Translations under genes and position numbers: made by a program
Assembly (NCBI RefSeq): GCF_037042905.1
Contig: NC_087251.1
Span: forward strand, 49,167,358-49,231,357
Reading direction: 5' to 3'
Origin: Lytechinus pictus
Taxonomy: Eukaryota
DNA: 64,000 nt
Part shown: positions 37,701-48,012 of the stretch, piece after piece
Layout of the letters: the number at the start of each line of letters is the position of its first letter
Numbering within the stretch: position 1 is the first letter of the stretch
Notes under the pieces: generated by a model
What the model saw: the letters and a program-made list of their open reading frames with translations, nothing else
Databases searched by the model: none
Told to the model about the DNA's origin: nothing

Positions 37701-39327
37701 ATAATGCAGAACTTGAAATTTTCAGATAAAATATTTGTATTTCCGAGGTCATACTCAGTAAGCCGTGCACTTTTACAGTTAGGATGTTGTATCCTGGTTG
37801 TCAAGATTGACCAAAAAGCACCATCAATCTTGCAAAGTTTGTCAAGATTCGACTTAGAGCATTAAGCTCCAACCATTTTCAGAACCATCAGATATGTCAT
37901 TCATCAATAAAGAAATCTCCTCCCTTTTTTCTGTGTTGAATACCGACCAGAGTGAATAAAAAGAGATATTTGGTTGATGAGCTAGTGGTTAGGGCACTGT
38001 CATTTCAAAGAAAATATAGATATTTAGTGTAATCCCAGGGTTCCTCTCTGGCATTCTTTCTTCTTCTCCCTTGTCTGTCTACATGTACTTCATTTTTTTG
38101 AAAGGATTTTTATGCAGCTATTGACATAAGTTTGAGAATAAATATTTTCTTTTAACTTGAAATGTTACTCAATCATAGAGGATATTTTTTCACTTATATT
38201 AGATACGAATCCTGCATACATTATTAAATAGTGGATATGTTTTTTCATTTACACAATAAATATTGCTGATGAACTTGATTTTTTATTAATATAAAGATAT
38301 TATCCATTTTGTTCACAATTGAAGATTGAATGGATAATATAACATATATAGCAAAATTGAAATGTGTCAGTTTTGTTTGCTTTCATTGTACCTGATATGC
38401 TATTCTTTTTTAAATTCTAATGAAAAAGAAGACATCCTTGTTCTGTGTAATTCTAAAATCTCTGTTCACATGTTTTTTGTTTTTTAAGTCCAAAAATAAT
38501 TAATTTAAACTTAAAGCCTCTCTCATATCAATCTAAATCCCTCTTATCTTGTTGATTCTGTTAAAGATGTGACATATGATGCATTTCCATTCCTGTATCA
38601 CCAAGATTTTTACTGTAAACATTTCATGTTTGTTGTCTACAATATGTTCTAATACTACATGTATGTATGTTTTTCTTCAAGTACCAATTAACTAATCTGA
38701 AAATGAATTTTATTTTCTAGTGTTTCCAGTTCATATAAATTTCATTTTAAAATTTTCTATGTGTCCTTAAAAAAGATTACATTTCTTGCTAAAGTCCTTA
38801 GTCCCATTTGTATTGTTTAGTGTGTTCACAACACTTATTTTATATACATTTCATTAATTTCAACTCAGAATCACTTGCTTCTGTGAGAACATAAAAACTC
38901 ATGAAAATGTAGAATATGTTGATGGAAGGTAGTACAAATTAAACCAAATACAATCAAACTTGCCTAAGTTGAACTTATATTTATCAATCAAATAATTACC
39001 TATATCATTGGTCCTTTCAAGTTATCATTTTTTATATTCTATTATTTTGACCATCATATATGTAAGTCATTTTTATCCGAGTTGAAACTATTTCTTCAGT
39101 CCCAGCAGATTCAACTCAGTTAAGGTTGACTGTATCAAAATTCTGTCGGCTTCCTTGGTTTGTAATCACATAGACTTTTTTTTGTCTATTTTTGTTTACA
39201 CAGGTTTGGATCTGGTCTTGTGATATATTGGCATGGTTTCATAGATGAGCTTGCAGCAGGATGCATTGAACAAGGAATTGCACTAGCCGACCACCTTCCA
39301 GAAGACTTGACCCATCTCCAGCCTTGA
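16614..39327 (+). CDS. CDIN1: CDAN1-interacting nuclease 1 (C15orf41 orthologue), complete spliced CDS join(16614-16714,18117-18162,23327-23391,24853-24913,25329-25401,26812-26891,30582-30631,31071-31138,34775-34840,35233-35338,39204-39327), 279 aa
   Basis: All 10 introns are GT..AG, phases are consistent, and the total is 840 nt from ATG to TGA. The translation contains the family motifs [42 protein letters not shown] and YGP..IKH, collinear with human CDIN1 as recalled. Confidence 0.96.
17606..17896 (-). mobile_element. tRNA-derived SINE (related copies at about 24145-24590, 40176-40362, 49590-49690, 50270-50538, 61066-61221)
   Basis: Head GGAGCGTTGTGGCCCAGTGG..GGTTCGAATCC with A and B boxes, shared CCCAGGTGA core, (ATT)n tail. 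Confidence 0.85.
18117..18162 (+). CDS. CDIN1: CDIN1 exon 2 ([16 protein letters not shown])
   Basis: ttacag acceptor and gtaaac donor; resembles human SQATLLSIFSQEYQ. Confidence 0.92.
18531..23057 (-). mobile_element. Non-autonomous LTR retroelement (LARD/TRIM-like), 4.5 kb, in CDIN1 intron 2
   Basis: Two 576-bp direct repeats (18531-19106, 22482-23057) with TG..CA ends; 4-bp TSD TTAC (18527-30, 23058-61); PBS TGGTAGCAGCGG on the minus strand (about 22468-22479); purine tract GAAGAAGGAAG on the minus strand (19111-19121); no gag/pol ORF. Confidence 0.93.
23327..23391 (+). CDS. CDIN1: CDIN1 exon 3 ([21 protein letters not shown])
   Basis: ttatag acceptor and gtaagt donor; 65 nt keeps the phase. 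Confidence 0.88.
24252..24413. mobile_element. Harbinger-like palindromic MITE inserted in a SINE
   Basis: TIR TACCTTGGTCACATTTGTTCTACGGCGGCCGTACGGC; TSD TTA on both sides. Confidence 0.88.
24853..24913 (+). CDS. CDIN1: CDIN1 exon 4 ([20 protein letters not shown])
   Basis: ttctag acceptor and gtaaga donor; resembles human APVLLDLANE. Confidence 0.92.
25329..25401 (+). CDS. CDIN1: CDIN1 exon 5 ([24 protein letters not shown])
   Basis: cttcag acceptor and gtatgt donor; resembles human YAPSLMARLILE. Confidence 0.92.
25635..25945. mobile_element. Harbinger-like MITE
   Basis: GGCCCGTATTTTGAA...TTCAGAATACAGGCC; TSD TTA. Confidence 0.85.
26812..26891 (+). CDS. CDIN1: CDIN1 exon 6 ([27 protein letters not shown])
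   Basis: tcacag acceptor and gtaagt donor; resembles human [26 protein letters not shown]. Confidence 0.93.
27497..28815 (-). mobile_element. 5'-truncated CR1/L2-group LINE in CDIN1 intron 6
   Basis: [31 protein letters not shown] and RPVLEYG motifs; frameshift near 28050; (GAT)n tail at about 27497-27512. Confidence 0.93.
29869..30262. mobile_element. Kolobok-like MITE
   Basis: TTAA|AGATAAATG...CATTTATCT|TTAA. Confidence 0.8.
30582..30631 (+). CDS. CDIN1: CDIN1 exon 7 ([16 protein letters not shown])
   Basis: ccacag acceptor and gtatccttt (U12-type) donor; resembles human CIVNDCCYGPLVDCIKH. Confidence 0.93.
30632..31070 (+). other. U12-type (minor spliceosome) GT-AG intron, CDIN1 intron 7
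   Basis: 5' site GTATCCTTT; branch-like TTTTCCTTGAG at 31045-31055, about 16 nt from the AG; no polypyrimidine tract before the acceptor. Confidence 0.88.
31071..31138 (+). CDS. CDIN1: CDIN1 exon 8 ([23 protein letters not shown])
   Basis: tacaag acceptor and gtaagt donor; resembles human [22 protein letters not shown]. Confidence 0.93.
31980..32810. mobile_element. Harbinger-like non-autonomous element with a nested insertion
   Basis: AGCCCCCTCACACCT...AGGTGTGAGGGGGCT; TTA on both flanks. Confidence 0.78.
32351..32513. mobile_element. Small MITE with CAGGG ends and 5-bp TSD
   Basis: CAGGGGCCGCGGAAC...GTTCCGCGGCCCCTG; TSD AAACG on both sides. Confidence 0.88.
33396..34168. mobile_element. 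piggyBac-like non-autonomous element
   Basis: TTAA|CCCT..ATCTCCCGGGG...CCCCGGGAGAATTAGGG|TTAA; paired internal GGGGCCATTATGGCCCC hairpins. Confidence 0.85.
34775..34840 (+). CDS. CDIN1: CDIN1 exon 9 ([22 protein letters not shown])
   Basis: ttgcag acceptor and gtaagt donor; carries the TPD motif of the PD-(D/E)xK fold. Confidence 0.96.
35233..35338 (+). CDS. CDIN1: CDIN1 exon 10 ([36 protein letters not shown])
   Basis: tgacag acceptor and gtaaag donor; carries the [10 protein letters not shown] motif. Confidence 0.97.
35860..36645 (+). mobile_element. L2-like LINE 3' fragment interrupted by a short CR1-like 3' end (about 36150-36309)
   Basis: [26 protein letters not shown], later [20 protein letters not shown], and an (ATT)n tail. 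The insert reads RDWNDLP..SLDKFK* and ends in (GAT)n. Confidence 0.85.
39204..39327 (+). CDS. CDIN1: CDIN1 exon 11, terminal ([40 protein letters not shown])
   Basis: acacag acceptor, FGxGLVIYWxGF motif, TGA at 39325-39327. Confidence 0.95.
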
Positions 39328-39600
39328 CCGAGGAAAATGTACTTGCTGGCCATCTCCCAGAAAATTTGACCATCATCCAAAAGGTTTGACCATCCCCAAC
39401 CTTAAGCGAGGTATTTTTCTGGCTGACCGTCTTGCAGGAGACTTGACCCATCTCCAGCCTTGACCAAGGAAATGTACTTGCTGGCCATCTTCCAGAAAAT
39501 TTGACCATCATCCAAAAGGTTTGACTGTCCCCAACCTTAAGCAAGGTATTTTTCTGGCTGACCGTCTTGCAGGAGACTTGACCCACCTCCAGCCTTGTGA
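39285..39600 (+). repeat. Tandem repeat of about 135-136 bp overlapping the CDIN1 stop codon
   Basis: GACTTGACCCA(T/C)CTCCAGCCTTG at 39304, 39440 and 39575. Confidence 0.9.
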
Positions 39601-40674
39601 TCAAAACATGAGATTGGGGAGGTTTGATGTTATGATCTTAAGGGATGTTGGGAGTATCGGAAATGGAGGGAAGTACTGAAAGACTTGCACATCTTCAACC
39701 TTGATGCGCAGGATGAGTAAAGGGGAAACAGCATCACCTTGTCTAAGCATGCAGATCATGGTTTTCTAAGGTTTTGAGCATCTGGAATGGAAAGAAATAA
39801 AGCGATTGTATTTTTGGAAGATCCTTTATGTCTCCAACCTTGACAGAGGATGAGTTGAGGAGATGCTTGCCAGTATCATCTCCAGTAAGCATGCAGATCA
39901 AGGTCCTCTAAGGATATGAGCATCGGGAATTGTCTTTAAATGATCCCACACATCTCTAACCTAAGCATATGAGTTGAGGGAATACTTGACAATTCTCCAC
40001 TTCCAGATGGTCCTCTAAGAGCATCTAGAATGGAGAAAAATAGAGGGAATGTATTTCAAAGATCTTGCACATATCTAAATTTGTTTTTAAAGATCCTGTA
40101 CATCTCCAACCTTGATACAGGATGAATTGTGGGATACTTGATGGTGCCATTTCAGGAACAATCCAGGAAATACATTATAATAACAAAATTAATAATAAGA
40201 ATTCATAAAGTGCCATAATCTATTACGAGGTGCATTGTTATTATTATTATTATTAACCCGGCTTTAGCTCGAGCTGCCTTCCAGCACTCCTTGCATTCTA
40301 GGAATTAATCCTGCTTGGTACCCATTTATCTCACCTGGGTTGAGTGCAGCACAATCTGGATATATTAATCTAGCTTGAGGTGTGATCATGTGGTGAAAGG
40401 AAGTTGATGATTCTATCTCAATCAAGATTCAAGAATATATCATATCTAAAAATATTTTAATTGTGTTACTCTATAAAAAAAAGTTTGTTGTTGTCTTAAT
40501 TATGGGATTGGAATGGATATTTATAAGGATGCCATTTTATTCAATGTTTTTAATCTTCCTATGTCTACCCCAAAATCATGTCTTAAAAATAGAGATGACA
40601 TCATAGCATTGTGAAACTGAGCTCCCACAAATACCTTTCCCGTGTGGTTGTTAATATACAAGCATGTTGTGACA

Positions 40675-40995
40675 GACCTTGTCACAGACCAGCAAGAGTT
40701 TGGTAGACCTTGTCACAGACCAGCAAGGGTTTGGTAGACCTTGTCACATACCAGCAAGGGTTTGGTAGACTTTGTCACAGACCAGCAAGAGTATGGTAGA
40801 CCTTGTCACAGACCAGCAAGAGTTTGGTAGACCTTGTCACAGACCAGCAAGAGTTTGGTAGACCTTGTCACAGACCAGCAAGAGTTTGGTAGACATTGTC
40901 ACAGACCAGCAAGAGTTTGGTAGACCTTGTCACAGGCCAGCAAGAGTTTGGTAGACCTTGTCACAGACCAGCAAGAGTTTGGTAGATATTGTCAG
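40675..40995 (+). repeat. 31-bp minisatellite, about 10 copies
   Basis: Unit GACCTTGTCACAGACCAGCAAGAGTTTGGTA, head to tail with no spacers. Confidence 0.95.
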
Positions 40996-41429
40996 AGTAG
41001 GAGCCAATTAAGAGCACGTTTATTTGGACCCCCGCCATCCCCTAGATTAACCGTGCATTTGCCACCAAAATTGTTACCTACAAAGTGATCTACAAAACAG
41101 TATTTTCAAATTTCAATTTTGATTAATTATGCTGATTTATACATTGAATCGGAAATATGCTGTATTTAAGTTAACTTAAGCCCCAAATTTGATTATTGGG
41201 GGGGGGGTGTATTATTTGTGAGATTCTGAATGAGTGTATTTTTTACAGTACAAATTCTGTTCTTATATGTATTTTCTTGTTTTCTTAATACTTATTAGGG
41301 ATTTTCCCCAAAAAAAATTGCCAATGATGTTATTTAAATCTTGACCAGAATGAAAATGATTGATTTAATTGATAGAAGTAAGAAATATAATATATTTAGA
41401 GATATACTCCTGTATTCTAAAGTCATAGG

Positions 41430-41910
41430 CAGACCTGCCAACCAGTACGTTTTAGCCGTATTTAGTACGTTTTTGCAACCAAAATACGGCAGTACGTTTT
41501 TTCTTTGAAAAATATGTTTTTTGTTAAAAAAATATTTATTTTTTTAAATATTTTTTTTATATTTTATTTTTTTACTAAATCGTAATTCATTAAGAAAAAT
41601 AATCTCTATATGTCTCTTTTTCATAAAATGTACACAAATATGGTTATTAGATCAATGAAATTTCTGGTAACTTTTTTTTTCAATCATTTTGTTAAAACCA
41701 GGGTAAAGATATACACATGTTTATTGATGTTTTAATTTTTTTTTTTTTTTTCATCTACAAAAGCATTGCGCATTTTAGCTTGCATGCAGCTTGAGTGCCG
41801 CGATGAGCGAGTGCGCCAAGCATTTTATTATGAAATACACTTTTTTGGGGAAAAGTACAGTTTTTTTATCACAGAATACAGTTTTTCATTCCCAGAGGTT
41901 GGCAGGTCTG
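41430..41910. mobile_element. MITE, superfamily unclear
   Basis: TIR CAGACCTGCCAACC / GGTTGGCAGGTCTG; no clean TSD. Confidence 0.7.
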
Positions 41911-42694
41911 CATATTTATCTCACACGGTAAAAATACTGATTTTTTGTCAAAATACTGATTTTGGGGATAAGAATACTGAAAATGCAAAATACAACTTGG
42001 CAGCTCTGCATAGGTCAGTATACAACTAAAAATATCCAAATGACTTAAGTGATAATAAATTTTGGTGCAAATCAATTTAGTCCATTTTCATCACAATAGA
42101 TGTTGCTCCTAGAATCACAAACTTAACTTGTGGATATTTATTATGTAGAAACAAAGTATATCACAATTTTGTTGATGACTGAATAAGATAATAACCTCAT
42201 TAATATCTGAATGTCATTCCTGTACATGTATAGTGCAAGTTCTGCAAGAGTGTTATATTTATGTTCCATAAGAGGTGAGAAATTATGTTCTTTAAGTTCT
42301 TTCACACTTTTCTGTCATATTTTTCAAGTCGCATTCTTCCACCTAAATCTGCCACCGAAGAAAAGGGGGTCAGACTAATATTCATTGAAAAGAATATACA
42401 CAAATTTCATGATTTTATCAATGACAAGATCTATACCTTTGCAATTAATGTGTAATAAAAAATATATTTTTTTTATTCAACCGAAGTTCAGTGTTTGTAT
42501 TTCCCTAGTAAGATATTACCTACTTGCATAATGCTGATGATGACATTAGCAGACTGGACTGATACATACATGTATGTGTGACTGAATAGGTGTTATATAC
42601 AGTCAAACTTTAAATAACAAAGAGTTGTGATTGATCCAATCAGACACAATTATGGAAAACCAGCAACGTCTACATCTGGGCCCAGTCTTACAAA

Positions 42695-43246
42695 TACCCT
42701 TTTTACACACGCTAAAATTTCCTTAACCCCGTACTATAGGTGGGGCTAAATGGCAATTTAGCCCCACCTATAGTACGGGGTTAAGCTTAGCCCACTTTCT
42801 TTTTACACAGCATTTTTGCAAAGTGGGCTAACCCCACCTTTAGTACGGGATTATTTGGCCCTGCAAAAAAGCAGGGTTATCCCAGCAATTGCGGTGCTAA
42901 GAGCGATAGTACGGGTTAAGATCGCTAGTGTAAAACGAAAGTGGGCTAAGCTTAACCCCGTACTATAGGTGGGGCTAAATGGCAATTTGGCCCCACCTAT
43001 AGTACGGGGTTAAGGAAATTGTAGCGTGTGTAAAAAGGTACGAGTGAAGTACTTGTACTCCGAATGATCAACAAAAACCACTAGTCCGGGGTTAGCGAGT
43101 TTCGTGTGTGAAAAGCAAGGATTCCTTATCCGGGGTTAGCAATAACAATTTGGCATGTGTAAAAAGGAAAAAAAATAGTACGGGGTTAAGGATAGTACGG
43201 GGTTAGCGATAGTCCGGGGCTAAGAAAATCCTGTGTAAAAAGGGTA
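42695..43246. mobile_element. Palindrome-rich MITE nested in a Harbinger-like MITE
   Basis: TACCCTTTTTACAC...GTGTAAAAAGGGTA; AAA duplicated within the host sequence TTACAAAGAG; a decayed relative lies at 5071-7654. Confidence 0.85.
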
Positions 43247-46200
43247 AAAGAGTTATGATTGATCCAATTAACCACAAGTATGGACGGCCAGCAACGTCAA
43301 CATCTAAAATACAAATTTGTTCAAAATATTTTATAGATACGATGTATATTCATACATTCATCGTTCTCTTGAAGATTCAGTGTGTTTCTCTTTGTTTACT
43401 AAGGAGAATGAGATAATTTCCTGTAGAAAAAAATTATGGCATGGATGGATTTCCATGCAGTTGAGATTGATTGGATCAATTGTAACTCATTGTAAGACGG
43501 GGGCCCTGATCCAAAGTGCATATTTGTTTCAAACTATTTTTTAGATATGACAAACTATATTCATAATTCTTTGTTTTCTTGAAAATTCAATTCGCTTCTC
43601 TTTGTTTACAAGGAACATTGGCCAATTTCCTAAAGAAAGAAATGATGACATTGATGAATTTCCATATAGTTGAGGTTGATTGGATCTATCATGAAGACAG
43701 GGCCTTGGTCTCAGAAAAATGCTTGTACTTGGTAATTTATTCAACTTATGGGTTGATTTATGCAAAGCTGACTGTTCTATTGAATGTAGACAAAATGATA
43801 AATGGTTGAAGTCAAATAAGTTTGTAGACAGAGTGGCAAGTGGGGACATTTCATGAAAGGACTTTTTATTAGGGGGCCGTTTTATAAAACTTGTTATGCT
43901 AACTTGCAATCAATTTGATTGGCTGATAGTAAACTTGTTATAGAAACTGTACAGTACAGTTTGTCTGTACATTAGTTACTATAATAAATCTTTGTTTGTC
44001 GCATTGTTTGTTTAGCGAGACAAGTACATATCATGATTACAAAAAATTGCCTATAATGGCCCCTTTTAGGTCTGAATGTCAACAAATTTCAGCTTGCGCT
44101 TCGCGCTCGCATTATGTGATCAGTGAGATACATATCCGTTTAATGGCACTGTCCTTAAATTGTCTCTATTAGGCCCGGCTAATAGGTCAGTATACCTGGC
44201 AACTGAGCGCGCTTCGCGCGCTCACTAAGTGACTCAAATTTGTTTTGGTACCCCCCCAATGCCGTGACCCACACGGTACGCCACTGGGTCCAATTGTAGA
44301 AAGAGTTGCAATCAAATTCAGATACAAAATCGATGTAACTTCATTTTCATCCCATCAGTATCATGCATTTAGGACTTTTGCATCATTTTCAAATTTGTTT
44401 TTAAATGCAAATTTTTTGTGCAACTGGACCCTGGCAAACTGCCTGACAATATATCTTGATAAAACGCTCTCTAGGGCATCATTCCATGGAAGAAAGACCC
44501 CCCCCCCCCCGTGAGAAGTCATCACATTCTATCAGGGAGGGGACACTCTGCCACCCCCCCCTCCCTTCCTGCTATACTAGTGGCTACTTTATCACAAACA
44601 TGAAGAGCCAAGGAGTGCTATCAATTGGTTGAATCAACGACGTTAGTTTTGAAATATGAAGATGGAGAACAAACATTAGTTTCATCCATGGCCATATTTG
44701 GAAAGATAATGTAAAATTGTATTTCTTCCATGATTGAGTATGGGAAACACACCCACTGTTTATCATGTGATATCATACTTGATAAGAGTGCAATCTCCAG
44801 TGTATAGGCTCAATTAATTCAATAGCTAAAATTAGAAGTTATCTATTCATAATCTTCATTATTTTTTTAATCCAGCAACTGAAATATATTATCATAATAA
44901 AAAAATATATCAGGCAACATCTGGTTCTCGAGCTTTCACATGGAAAATAATTTTACATTTCCCAAATTGAAAATAAAATACATGGCTGTTGGTAGGACAC
45001 CCCCCCCCCCCTCCGTGGGGAGCGCAGGTGGAAGAGGACAAGAATATATGTGAAATATAAAATGCCCCCCCCCCTTCCTAAAAAGTGCATAACAGCAGGG
45101 CTAAATGCTTTTTTTATTTTGGTACTGTCGTGAAATTTATTTGGAATGATTATCTGAGAAGACAAAATCAACCCCTCCCTTGATTTCCTTTTCACTGACA
45201 ACGAAAAGTTTCATCTCTTATCTAAACGGCGGGAAATGTTTTAGAACTTAAATCTAACTTGCAGCACATACGTTATTTATCATCCTCTGCCGCTTTCGCT
45301 TGTTTCTGTTGGGGGGGGGGGGTAGGGTAGGGGTCCAATCTTATTTATTCAAGACTTCATGTACGAGTATGAGAAACTATATCCTTGATGAGTATATGAA
45401 GCAAATACCATCTTTGAAGTGTGAGATGACACGCAGATGTCTGAGTAACAAGTCAACATATTGATGGAAAGAAAAGTGGAGAAAGTTTGCTCAATATGCA
45501 GACAATGGCACCGCAGTTTAGCTCTGTGGACCTCGGTAATCGATCCTTGTCATTAACTAACCCAACAAATTGCTTCCATATTTTTTGGTCCTTCTCTTTT
45601 CGTCGATAGTAGCTGGCTCTGTCTTTGAGTTCACAAGTAGGATATAAGCGTGGCCGTGTCAATTTAGGGACCACTTATATGCAGCTCTTGACACAGCTGC
45701 GATAACACGGGCAATGGGGAGCGCGCATGGCGCACAGTGTTTGCGGTTCAATGTCATTTTGCTCTCATGCCAGTACGAGTCAATATTTTATCAGGAAGAG
45801 AAAACTTGTTTGATTTGCGTGAACTGATAGTCATGATAAAAAAAAAACATCGACTTTTTTCCCCTCCCTTTTCATGTTTCACTGTATGTATGATTTCCGT
45901 TTCCTTAATATCGAAATTTTAGCTAATAGAAGACGTTTCGATTTTTTGTCTCAAACGTGCTTGTTTGTCACATCCGAACATTTAATAATCGGATAGCTGA
46001 AAGAAGAAAAGGGCGCCTATAGGGGTAGCCAATCGTCTGTTCCTTACGTACTCCTTTCAAACAGGAGTGACCTGGCCCAGGGGTTGGTGCCCTTTAGTAA
46101 ATATCCTTTATTTCAGGATGTTATGAGGGTTTTGCCTCCTTAGTTTATTTTGTCGTATTTTTTTTTTTTTTGAAGAGCAATGACAAAAACAAATGTTGGC

Positions 46201-46913
46201 AAGTGGGAGTTAATGGAAAATAAGTGTTTTTAGATTTTTCTTGAATATTTGAAACCCTCGTTCTTTATGTAAAATTGGAGAGATGTTCCATGTTCTTGGA
46301 GCAGTGGCTAAGTGTGGATACTCATTTAAATTATGTAGTTGCAATAATGTAGTTGTGGATATTGTCATTGGATTAGACCTATAGACACAGAAAGGGTGAA
46401 AGTGCAGAAAAACTTCATTAAAAAAAACAGTGCCTTTAATTTATCTTAGATCATTTGTCCTGCCTCTAATCAAATCGCATAGCTGCAAGAGATTTCTGTG
46501 ATTAGAGAAACCTCTTTATGAAAATATGGCCTATCATATCGCCATCCAGTCCAAAAGGCTAAGAGAGTAATTAAGTGAAATTAATAGCATGCAAGAAACA
46601 CGTCGCGACTCTGATTGCAATATTTGATTTTGCTACTCCCTAATTATAATGATACACTATAAACTCGCGAGTCAACATGATTATAGGATTTGTTCGTCGA
46701 ATGCTTACCATGCGACTCAATTTGTGCATATAATGTTGGTCTTGCTTCGTATTAATAAACGTTGCCATCTGTTGATTCATTATTTCAAGCTTAAAAGTGA
46801 TGAAATTTGCGTTTCGTAGAGATTAAGGAACTGCAGAAGTGGTATCACTAAGAATGAGCCAAATTAGCCAATACAGATCGATAAAGTAGTTGAATGTAGA
46901 GACTAATGATTAA

Positions 46914-47398
46914 AGGTGAAGTTCACCCTGAAAAAAACTTTGCTGTAAAAATAGTAAAAAATATTGGTGAAGGTTTGAGGAAAATCCGTCAAAGAGTAAG
47001 AAAGTTACTAGAGTTCAAAGTTTTGGATTTGTGACGTCATTAACGAGCAGCTGCCCCATGTGTTATGTAATATAAAATGCATGAATTTCAAATTTTGTAT
47101 GGTTCCTGATGACTTAATTTTGTTTTGTATTCATGATCGGGTGTGAAATGATCTGTCTATTGATATACAAAAGGTACAGTGAAAAACATTTTCAAATTTC
47201 TGAGAAAATGACATTTCAATGATTTTTTACCATTCGCTATGTAGGAATGCAGCTCGCATATGACGTCACTAATCAAATAATTGAAGTTCTAATAACTTTT
47301 TAATTATTTGATGAATTTTTCTCAAACCTTCGGCAATATTTTTTAGCATTTCTTCTGCTATTTTTACGATAAACTTTTCGTCAGGGTGAACTTCCCCT
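46914..47398. mobile_element. Kolobok-like MITE
   Basis: TTAA|AGGTGAAGTTCACCCTGA...TCAGGGTGAACTTCCCCT|TTAA with long imperfect TIRs. Confidence 0.85.
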
Positions 47399-47971
47399 TT
47401 AAAGTAATAGAATGGATGATCTTCGATGAATTATAATGCTGAAGATTTCAGACTATGTAGCCCTTCATGATATATCGATAATTACAATCCATATTTGCCT
47501 CGACACTCTTCCGTGTTTCCTCTTCATTTTTTCCTCCTTTCTTTTATACGTTTAAAGTGATTTCATTTTCATGATTAACTTTCACGAATCACATTCATCA
47601 CGTCACATTCAGGATTTTCATTTTCATTATTATATACTTAGTTATTAAAAAAATATATCAAGTTTATTCTTATTTACTTTGATTCATTTTGCCTCTTCAT
47701 GATTCTTTTTTACGTGCAACATCTCTCAGTGGCGTAATGGGTCAAACATTTTGAGGGGAGCCAGACGTGGCATATCAGGCAAATTTTGTATTAAAAAAAA
47801 AAAAAGTTAGGAGCGAACAAAGCGAGCGAGGAAATTTACATTTTTATCCCAAAATCTAATTTTGTGATAGTTTTTTTTTTTCAATATTCAGAAATAAATG
47901 ACATATCTGACCCTTTTATCCTTATCTTTCCTTTTCTCCCTTTTTCTTGGTCTTGAAATTTGAGGGGTCCA

Positions 47972-48012
<41 letters not shown>

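Noticed and set aside
40675..40995. 31-bp repeats resembling a CRISPR array
   Set aside because: No unique spacers, no cas genes, eukaryotic context; it is a minisatellite.
47974..48010. Long poly-C tract and poly-Gly ORF
   Set aside because: Homopolymer at the end of a CAGTGGCGTA-type repeat; similar tracts occur throughout the window.
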